From the IMG/VR virus record IMGVR_UViG_3300024257_000004: a stretch of 21,022 nt of DNA; one strand, given 5' to 3'. Position 1 is the first letter of the stretch, and each line of letters starts with the position of its first letter. Positions 1 to 7,900 of this stretch are shown piece by piece. The notes under the pieces are model-generated. The model had not been told where the DNA came from, did not search any database, and saw only the letters and a program-made list of their open reading frames with translations. Source of the DNA: a virus (lineage: Duplodnaviria; Heunggongvirae; Uroviricota; Caudoviricetes; Schitoviridae). Made by a program: the position numbers and the translations under genes.

Positions 1-1
1 A

Positions 2-148
2 TATGGAGGATACCGCTCGTTCACGTGGCTAGAAGGAACGGCTGATGGCACCCTTCTAGTTAAGACGTTTATCTATACTTTCAATGCTGGAGGTACAGGC
101 AGCAAGAAGGCTATAGACTTTAAAATTCAGCGTTTTGGTCAGAGCTAG
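2..148 (+). CDS. 3' end of a gene running in from the left edge; likely virion/tail structural protein
   Basis: Open frame from base 2 to TAG at 146-148: YGGYRSFTWLEGTADGTLLVKTFIYTFNAGGTGSKKAIDFKIQRFGQS*. Beta-strand-like composition, same strand as the virion cluster. Function is inferred from context only. Confidence 0.6.
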   Translation, partial: YGGYRSFTWLEGTADGTLLVKTFIYTFNAGGTGSKKAIDFKIQRFGQS

Positions 149-158
149 AAGAGTCATA

Positions 159-203
159 CTAAGCAAAGCTAAAACTTGTTTACGCTAGTATAGACTGTAT
201 AAC
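159..203 (+). promoter_or_regulatory. Putative host-sigma70 late promoter (CTAAGC-N21-TAGTAT; TATAAC nearby)
   Basis: CTAAGC at 159-164, TAGTAT at 186-191, TATAAC at 198-203; AAGGA RBS 7 nt before ATG 228. A TAAGC core recurs in four + strand spacers. Confidence 0.35.
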
Positions 204-227
204 TATTAATAATAAAAGGAAAAATAA

Positions 228-1094
228 ATGAGTACAGAAATAAACATAACAATGGATACAGAATTAGATATTATATCTAAATATAAAGAGTTAGTGAGTA
301 GTTCACTAGATGGGTCAAGTATATACATCAGAACCAAGGAAACTTTACAGGAGATGCTAGATAAAGGTGAGATAACAGAAGATGAGAAATCAACGGCACT
401 AGCTAGCATACTTGGTTCTATAAACAACGGGATATTAAGTTCATCAATGAGTATGGCACTGCAATGGAGTACGGCCGAGAAAGAACTACTACTTAAGAAG
501 AAAGAGCTAGAGAAGCAGTTAGAAGTTATGGAAGAAGACATAGATTTGAAGGAAGCTCAGACTGAAAAAGTTAAGTACGACAATTATACTACACAGGCAA
601 CTAGTTTACGAACTAATGGTTCATTCACAACAGTTAATGGTGAAGTGGTAAGCCTATCAGATTCTGGTAGTAAGTATGAAGAAATTCAACTAATAAAAGC
701 TAAGACTATATCAGAAAACGCTAACAGAGAATTGATTGACGGTAAGAAAAGAGAAGTAAATACTAGTATCCACAAGATAATTGCAGATACATATGTGAAC
801 TACGGAACATTCAACGGCTATACAATTAGTGATAGCGGAATAACTGGGGTAGTTCCTGGAACTACGCACAATACACTAAGTGATAAACAAGGCGCTATAG
901 CTCAAGAGCAAATCAAAGGTTATGCGTACAACGCATGGTCAAACGCTGCAAGTGGACTAGGTGCTACAATTGGTACTGCATTAACTACTGAGAGTGATAT
1001 ATTCGGAGGAACTGAAAGTTACCCAGATATCCTAGGAGATTGGGCTACTATAGTTAAAAAACTAAAAGATGTACAAGTAAACGCTAGTGTGTAA
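228..1094 (+). CDS. Virion structural protein, putative N4 gp54 counterpart (288 aa)
   Basis: AAGGA RBS; coiled-coil segment LLLKKKELEKQLEVMEEDIDLKEAQ; C-terminal AQEQIKGY segment; no Cys. Size and position four genes upstream of the vRNAP match N4 gp54. Confidence 0.6.
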   Translation: MSTEINITMDTELDIISKYKELVSSSLDGSSIYIRTKETLQEMLDKGEITEDEKSTALASILGSINNGILSSSMSMALQWSTAEKELLLKKKELEKQLEVMEEDIDLKEAQTEKVKYDNYTTQATSLRTNGSFTTVNGEVVSLSDSGSKYEEIQLIKAKTISENANRELIDGKKREVNTSIHKIIADTYVNYGTFNGYTISDSGITGVVPGTTHNTLSDKQGAIAQEQIKGYAYNAWSNAASGLGATIGTALTTESDIFGGTESYPDILGDWATIVKKLKDVQVNASV

Positions 1095-1096
1095 AC

Positions 1097-2884
1097 ATGA
1101 AGGATCCACAAACTAACCTGATGCAGAATGCTGTATCAGGGTACTTAACCTCACTCGGATTCAAAAGAAAGTTCCTCAGACTATGGGGAACTAAAACCAT
1201 TGATGGAGTAGAAGTACTCAACGATAGAAAATACTGGTATCCGAAAACACACCTAGAGACTAACGAAAAGTTATTCAGACTACTGAAGCAATACAAAAGC
1301 CTCAGCGAGGAAAACCCAGAAGGAATAACTAGTGCATGGCTAAGTATAAATCCAGATAAGATTACTGTATCACACGATGGGTCTCTGACAGCTAGTGAAA
1401 ATACATTACTAGACGAGAACATGGTTCAGGTAATAAATCACACACTAGATATAAATGAAGATTATGAATTCATAATTACAATCAAATCAGATCAATATCC
1501 AGCATTAGCTACTAGACCAGATGATGAATCAAACGCAGATATGATGACTAGAATATCGGAAGAATTACACACTAATTATGAGAATGTATTTGAGAGCTGT
1601 CAGGTAGATGGGGATGACGATACACTAGAAAGTAGATTGATAAGTAAGTACGTGTTGTTTGATGATGCCGATACGTTCGAGGTAATAATTACTGGAGTTG
1701 ATGAGGTAGCAACTACATTGTTGTATCCAAGTGGAACCACTAGGACTTGGGACAATTCAACTCCGGGTACATATATAGTAATATCGCATGCAGTAACGAT
1801 GAAAGTAATCAGGCGTAGTACTATATATAATACTAATAATATAATACTAAAGATGCTTGCTGCCAGTAATGCTAGAAATACAGCAGATTTACTAATAGTA
1901 CAAAATGCTTGGGTATTCGGAGACTTGCCAACTACTAATGATTTCTTCTACAAAGGATGCCTGCGAGCAAGTCTGTTTAGTACTAGTATGCTAAAGACAG
2001 CAGATTGCAATAGCTTGATTTCCGAAGTAATGGATAGTGGGTATAAAAAAAAGAAAGTTAAATGGTGGAAGAAGTTACTATTGATAATTATCATGGTTAT
2101 AATAGTAATTGTTGCATGTGCATATACTGGACCACAAGGATGTACTGCAGCTATGTCTCTAGCTGATGCCGCATTCGTTGCTACAGTAGTCGCAGTATCA
2201 ATGGCAGGATTATCGATGGCAATGCAAGCTTGGGGAGACGATACCGGAGCTGGGTTTGCAGCGAAGATGAGTAGTGTTGCTAGTAAGATATCGGCAGTAC
2301 TGGGCATAGCAAGTATCATTAGCAATATCATGTCCTCGATAACACAAGAAAGCCTGAGGCAAGAAGCTATCAAGGAAATAAGTCAAGAGGCATTAGCCGA
2401 GATGGGTACAGAACTTGCTGAGAGTACTATACAAGAAACAATGAAAGTAATGACAGGTCGAATGACTATATCAGGTGCATATGAAGCTGCCAAGAAATTG
2501 GTGACGAATATGATTAGTAAGACAACCGAGATTAGTTTACAAAATTTCTTCAAAATAGTAGATATAGGTTCGGGTATATACAGAAAAAATGAGCAGAAAG
2601 CCTACGACAAAAAAGTTAGCAGTGTGCAAGCAGAGATTGATGAACTAAAGGGAGAAGAGGACTTAACCGAGGCCCAAAGAATCAGTAATATACTTAATGA
2701 TATGGACCAACTCAGGGTTGCCCCTATCAACTCAGATCAAAGCAAGTACAACATAGATAAATTCTGCGAACCTGTAAAGGGTACATATACGCAAGGTAAA
2801 TTCGTATTAGGTCATCTAGGAACAGTAGGGAAAACAGTGAAAACTCCAATCAAAGTAGACACGTCAATGATTAAGTTCAGCTAA
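1097..2884 (+). CDS. Membrane-segment-containing virion/assembly protein, putative N4 gp53 counterpart (595 aa)
   Basis: Starts 2 nt after the previous stop. Basic stretch KKKKVKWWKK is followed by hydrophobic LLLIIIMVIIVIVACAY and two further hydrophobic Ala/Gly-rich helices. Position matches N4 gp53. Confidence 0.6.
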   Translation: MKDPQTNLMQNAVSGYLTSLGFKRKFLRLWGTKTIDGVEVLNDRKYWYPKTHLETNEKLFRLLKQYKSLSEENPEGITSAWLSINPDKITVSHDGSLTASENTLLDENMVQVINHTLDINEDYEFIITIKSDQYPALATRPDDESNADMMTRISEELHTNYENVFESCQVDGDDDTLESRLISKYVLFDDADTFEVIITGVDEVATTLLYPSGTTRTWDNSTPGTYIVISHAVTMKVIRRSTIYNTNNIILKMLAASNARNTADLLIVQNAWVFGDLPTTNDFFYKGCLRASLFSTSMLKTADCNSLISEVMDSGYKKKKVKWWKKLLLIIIMVIIVIVACAYTGPQGCTAAMSLADAAFVATVVAVSMAGLSMAMQAWGDDTGAGFAAKMSSVASKISAVLGIASIISNIMSSITQESLRQEAIKEISQEALAEMGTELAESTIQETMKVMTGRMTISGAYEAAKKLVTNMISKTTEISLQNFFKIVDIGSGIYRKNEQKAYDKKVSSVQAEIDELKGEEDLTEAQRISNILNDMDQLRVAPINSDQSKYNIDKFCEPVKGTYTQGKFVLGHLGTVGKTVKTPIKVDTSMIKFS

Positions 2885-2893
2885 AAGTTAGTA

Positions 2894-2927
2894 CTAAGCT
2901 AGTATTAGATGAAGTATAGTATAAAAT
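2894..2927 (+). promoter_or_regulatory. Putative promoter (CTAAGC-N22-TAAAAT)
   Basis: CTAAGC 2894-2899, TATAGT 2915-2920, TAAAAT 2922-2927 in an AT-rich spacer with stops in all three forward frames. Confidence 0.35.
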
Positions 2928-2933
2928 AAATAT

Positions 2934-2949
2934 ACCTAATCGATTAGGT
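2934..2949. repeat. Perfect 16-bp palindrome ACCTAATCGATTAGGT
   Basis: ACCTAATC (2934-2941) is the reverse complement of GATTAGGT (2942-2949). It lies just 5' of an AAGGA at 2955-2959. Confidence 0.9.
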
Positions 2950-2956
2950 GATATAA

Positions 2957-3136
2957 GGATACAAGACAGAGCAGTATGGTTACAAGTTGGGAAATTCCGT
3001 ATTTGGCGATACTGGCCCACAGCTAAATGACCCTGTAGCTAGTTTTTCTGGGATAAACTTTGGTTCTGCAGATACTCCGTATGAGCCTGATAAGTACGCA
3101 TACTCATTGGGAAATATTCTTAGAGGTCATATTTAG
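2957..3136 (+). CDS. Unannotated small ORF (59 sense codons; 49 aa if TTG 2987 is the start)
   Basis: Stop-free frame GYKTEQYGYKLGNSVFGDTGPQLNDPVASFSGINFGSADTPYEPDKYAYSLGNILRGHI* fills the gap between two promoter-like spacers. No ATG in frame; start unresolved. Confidence 0.45.
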   Translation, partial: GYKTEQYGYKLGNSVFGDTGPQLNDPVASFSGINFGSADTPYEPDKYAYSLGNILRGHI

Positions 3137-3138
3137 AA

Positions 3139-3176
3139 TTAAGCTAACCTCAAGGATAGTTTAGATAGGATATAAG
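3139..3176 (+). promoter_or_regulatory. Putative promoter (TTAAGC-N21-TAGGAT; TATAAG nearby)
   Basis: TTAAGC 3139-3144, TAGGAT 3166-3171, TATAAG 3171-3176; AAGGA RBS 7 nt before ATG 3202. Confidence 0.35.
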
Positions 3177-3201
3177 AAAATAGGTATATAAGGAAAGTGT
3201 T

Positions 3202-3660
3202 ATGGAAACTACAGGAACTGGGTTAGGCTTACCCTACTTAACAAAAGATAACCAAGCGGTATTTGACTTTTCCGCTATTGGCGGTACAAACGCTGTTTTA
3301 GCGAACGATAAGTACAATCAGCAGCTGAATCTACTAGAATCTGGGAAGATAGGCCAATCTACGTTTGACAATAACATCGGTATGTTAAATAAAGGTATTC
3401 AAGATGACTATCGAAACGGTATAGATTTTGGCAATACGTCTACGCCGGGGACTACTGGCGACGGGTTATTCGGCATAGGAACTAAAGACCAATGGACTAC
3501 AGGTTTAGGTGCTGCTAACTTAGGTATGAGTTTAGCTATGATGCCTGGTCAAATGAGTTACATGAAGAAGCAAGGGCAATTACTTGATCAACAGTTAGAT
3601 GCTAATAGAGAAGCTGTAGCTAGAAAGAAAAGTATCGAATCTGCATTTAGAGGAGCATAA
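3202..3660 (+). CDS. Small ejection (internal virion) protein, putative N4 gp52 counterpart (152 aa)
   Basis: Gly/Asn-rich N-half, hydrophobic GLGAANLGMSLAMM helix, then Q-rich coiled-coil end; no Cys. About 150 aa and two genes upstream of the vRNAP, as for N4 gp52. Confidence 0.65.
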   Translation: METTGTGLGLPYLTKDNQAVFDFSAIGGTNAVLANDKYNQQLNLLESGKIGQSTFDNNIGMLNKGIQDDYRNGIDFGNTSTPGTTGDGLFGIGTKDQWTTGLGAANLGMSLAMMPGQMSYMKKQGQLLDQQLDANREAVARKKSIESAFRGA

Positions 3661-3663
3661 ACT

Positions 3664-4860
3664 ATGAGTAAATACTTGAAATTCAGTAGTCCTGGTCAAC
3701 TTATGGATCCTACTGCGGCAGTTAGGGGTAGTTTATCGGACTTACAGGCTACGCTAATAGGTCAACAAGAACGTGATGATAAATTAGCAAAGGAAGCTGA
3801 AGCAAAACGAAGATGGGAAGCGTCGTACGGGTTGCAGAAAGCTACTGCAGGTAGGCAAGCTAAAGAGTTCACTGACGCACAGACAGCTAAGGCGCATCAA
3901 CTAGGTTTATCGCAAGCTATGAGTGGTATAGCCACGTCCGGTGATGTAGTAACAAATCAAAAAGCCATAGACGCAGCTAATGCATTTAACTTAGGTTTAA
4001 ATAAAGCTAATACAGAAGGTGAAGCCGCTTACGACAAAAGGATGAAGGACTTAGGTGATAAGATAAGCACAGCACTACTACCTACTACCCCAACTAAAAC
4101 TTCAGGATCTGGTATTTCGTATACTACGGAAGATGTAAAAGGTACTCAGTACGAAAAATACAAAGACCCTAAGACAGGTAAACGTTATTTACTGGATCCT
4201 AGCAGCCCTCTTGGTGAAATGGTCTACGGAGCACCTGAAGAAAGCGGTACCGTAGTATTAGATCCTATAGAGGTTAAGAAGAAAGCTCCTTCGGACTCAG
4301 AGATTGCTGACGCTATACTGAAAAGTAGTGGAGTAACTAAAGGTATGGAAGACACAGCATTAGCTGGATTCATTAAAGCTAAAGAACAAGCTGTACCTAC
4401 TGCTAAAACAGAAAGAAAACTTAGAACTGATAGTGACGAGTACAAAGCTGAAGTAGCTGATTCAATCAGAAACTACATGAAACAACATCCTGAATCTGCT
4501 ATTGAAGGTATGGCTGCACTTAATGCTATGAAAGATGCTGAATTTAAGTATGCCCCAGAACTACAGCTATCTAGGGATAAAGCTGCGTTAAAGAAGATAG
4601 CTGACATAGAAGATCACGAAAGAAAAATGATAAGAATAAAAGCTCAACAGGACAAAAGTAAAGGCGCTAACGCGTCAACTAAAATAAGTCAAATAATAGG
4701 TCAATCGGGTAACCCAGAGGACATCAAAAGTGTAATTGAGAAGTGGAAAGCTAGTGATAATAAAATTTCAGATAAGACTATACTTAACAGGTTATACGAA
4801 CTTGGCGCATCAGATATGAAAGAACTAGGCTGGTTTGACTTCGGTAAAAAAGATTTATAG
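3664..4860 (+). CDS. Ejection (internal virion) protein, putative N4 gp51 counterpart (398 aa)
   Basis: Ala/Lys/Glu-rich helical protein with no Cys, directly upstream of the vRNAP gene. No lysozyme/SLT motif recognised. Confidence 0.6.
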   Translation: MSKYLKFSSPGQLMDPTAAVRGSLSDLQATLIGQQERDDKLAKEAEAKRRWEASYGLQKATAGRQAKEFTDAQTAKAHQLGLSQAMSGIATSGDVVTNQKAIDAANAFNLGLNKANTEGEAAYDKRMKDLGDKISTALLPTTPTKTSGSGISYTTEDVKGTQYEKYKDPKTGKRYLLDPSSPLGEMVYGAPEESGTVVLDPIEVKKKAPSDSEIADAILKSSGVTKGMEDTALAGFIKAKEQAVPTAKTERKLRTDSDEYKAEVADSIRNYMKQHPESAIEGMAALNAMKDAEFKYAPELQLSRDKAALKKIADIEDHERKMIRIKAQQDKSKGANASTKISQIIGQSGNPEDIKSVIEKWKASDNKISDKTILNRLYELGASDMKELGWFDFGKKDL

Positions 4861-4867
4861 TAGCAGT

Positions 4868-4933
4868 TTAAAGTAAGCTTTAAGACTAAATTAGATAACA
4901 TAAGAGATAATAAGCAAAACTAACAACGTTAGT
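4868..4933 (+). promoter_or_regulatory. Leader of the vRNAP gene: two hairpins and a TAAGC motif before the RBS
   Basis: TTAAAG-TAAG-CTTTAA (4868-4883); ACTAAC-AAC-GTTAGT (4919-4933) directly abutting AAGGAG (4934-4939); GTAAGC 4873-4878 with TAACAT 17 nt downstream. Confidence 0.45.
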
Positions 4934-4949
4934 AAGGAGACTATCTCAT

Positions 4950-7900
4950 ATGACTACAGAAGAATTTTCAAAACTTACAGGGCAATACGTAGCCGGTAAT
5001 GTAAGTAGAATGGATACTAAATCAGCCGAAAAGAAAGCTAGACTACAACAAAAACATGATCAATCGTTATACGGTGTAACAGCTCAAGACGGTCAGTATT
5101 GGGATGATGCAGATTCGTCATCAGACTACAGACTACAAGGTGCTGATGCTCCTGAAATATACCATGAAATGACTCCTACTGGAGATACAAAAAATGTACG
5201 AAGTAAAGTATACCAACAAGTTGCTTACGAAAATCAAATACCGTTAGAAGACGCTGTAAGGATAGTAGACCAACAAGCAGAAGCTAGGGCTATTGACCAA
5301 GAGTACAGACAATCTCCACAATTCCAAATAGATAAACTAAATAATCCCAATGATCCATACTACCAAAGTCAAACACTAGGTGAAGGTATTGGACTTACAG
5401 GTAGAAACACCGGTGGATTAACGTCATTCGACGTATACCATGCTGGTGATGTAGCTACTAAAGCCGGTAGAGAAGATATACAAGCTGCTGACTGGGAAAA
5501 GTATAAAACAGGAGAAAAGGGCTACTTCGGTAGAGAACTACTGAATAATCCAGAGTATGTAAATAAGATGATTAGTGAAGGGTATATGGTACCGGGAGAA
5601 GCTGATGATCCAGTAGAATATGCTAAACAAAAAGAACTATACGATGTAGCAAAAGAGCAAAAGTTAGGTTTACACGGGCATGAGACAGTAGATCCAAGAG
5701 TAGCTCAAGCTATGCAGCAGACTAGTTACGCATACAGTAAAAGCCCTGAAGCAAAAGCCGAAAGAGCTAAACAAGCTGGTATTGAATACCAAAAAGCTAC
5801 ACAAGGTTGGCTTGAAGGTGCGGCTAAAGCTGCAGGTACAGGATTTGTAAAAGAATTAGCTGTAGACTTAGCTGATTGGGTTGGTGATACTACTAATATG
5901 TACGACATAGGTACTGAAGAAGAAAAAACTGAAATGGTTAATAAACTATTCAATTACGTTCCCGCTACTAGCCAAGAGACAGTTCAGCAAGTAGAAGGAC
6001 TGAATAACATCGCATGGGATAGTAACCAAGATATAACTACTAGACTAGCTGCTATAGGTAAATCGATAACACTAGCTGCCCAAGACGGAGAGATGCTAGG
6101 TAGTTCACTAGGTGTGTTAGCTGCATGGTTAATTCCAGGTATGGCACTTACTAAAGGCCACAAAGTCGGTAAAGTTATGACTAAGATAGATAAAGGCGTA
6201 GACGCAGGTAAACTATCACGAACTAAAGCGGCTGGTATGAAAACTAAGAAATTATTAGGTACTAAAGAAGGTGTCGGATATGGACTTAGACAACAATCAG
6301 GTATGATTACTGGTGCACTGGGTAATATAAATGACCAATATGAGACATTCGTAGAAAACAACAATGGAGTTGAACTACAAGGTGCAGACAAAGCTGAATG
6401 GTTTGCTAGATCGTTCGGTGTACAAATGTTCAATCAGAACTTAGATGCAATTACTGCGGTAAGTATTATGAAGTCTCCAGGAATGTTGCAAGCAGCTAAA
6501 CAAAGTATTAAAGACGTAAGTGAAAAAGCATTCGGTAAAGCCATAGTAGGTATGAGTGTTGGAGTCGGTAAAGCAATTGCTCAAATGCCTAAAGAAGCGG
6601 CTCAAGAGTATACTCAGGGTATGATGGAACTATATAATGAAAGATTCGGAGCTGAAGAGTTCAAAGATACGGATACATTTACTAAGTTCATCACTAATCC
6701 TGAATTCGCCAAAGAGAAGACAGTTGATGCACTACTAGGTGCCGGTGGATCACTACAATTCAGCGCTATGGGTGCTATTAGCCAGGCTTCAGGTAAAACT
6801 AAAGATGTTGTAACTGAAACTATGAAGTCTGAAAAAGATAAGTTAGTTGAAGTTGAAAAGGCTGAAGCTAAAGCTCAAGACAAAACTACAACTATGGCTA
6901 ATATTAAACTTCATAATGATACCTACACTAAAGCTATAAGCGATAACGATGTAACTAAAGCTTATAGTACTATACAAGCAATGGAAGCTGAAGTTAACAA
7001 ACTTGCAGTAAACGATGAGAAATCTGCAACAGCCCTGAAAACTATGCTAAACAGTAAGAAGGCTGAGATTAAAACTAAGATCCAAGAGCAGGTTAAGGCT
7101 GAGAAAAGTATGTCAAACAAAGAACTTGTTGCTCTTGGCGCTGGAATAGAAGATAAAAAGGCATTCCTACAAGCAACAGTGGACTCTAGTGATATAGCTA
7201 CGGATGAAGCGTTCATCAAACGAAAAGGTAAAGCATTAGGTGTAGCGCCTCATACTGTAGACAATATGATAGAGCAAGCTAAAGCGTTTAGTCACATGGA
7301 TAAAAGCTCCGATGAAGTTAAAGGATTTAAAGCTAAAATCGATAAAATTAAAAGTTACAAGGCTGCCGGCTATGTTGACCAAGCTCAAGCTGAAACTAGA
7401 GAACTTGAGATGCTATTTGGTAAACACGAAGAAAAAAGCGACGAGTTATCTGCCGGACTTACTGAGTTAGAGCAAAAAATTGATAAAGCTGTAAAACAGG
7501 GTATACCAAACACACTAAAAGGTAAAGAGTGGTCTGCTGAGTACTCTAAGAGGTTAACTGAAAAGTTAGAATTACCTCAGAAGAAAGTAATACATCACAA
7601 AGACGGTACTAATACGGAAGTAACTTATAAAGAAGTAGTTAATAAGTTATTACACAAGTACTCGCAAAGAGATATGAAAGATAAAACTACATTCTCAGAA
7701 GGTGCTTATGGTGATCAACAAAGTTACGAAAACGCTAAAAAAGGTATAAGAAGAGTTGCTGCGATTAATAATATCAAACTAAGTACAATAGCTGGGAAAA
7801 AAGATTCAGCTAAAATCAAAGAACTAAGAACGAAAGCTAAATCTACAGACGCTGAAAAGGAAGAGTTAAAGTCACTACGTAAGCATTCAACATTAGATAC

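Noticed and set aside
2819-2959. T4 gene 60-style ribosomal bypass joining the 595-aa gene to the hidden ORF
   Set aside because: The codon before the stop is AGC and has no matching in-frame landing codon. The nearest in-frame GGA (2819) is 20 codons before the stop, and the spacer looks like a promoter region.
2976-3026. 16-aa ORF from ATG 2976 (MVTSWEIPYLAILAHS)
   Set aside because: Very short, AAGGA is 16 nt away, and the overlapping frame is much longer and more protein-like.
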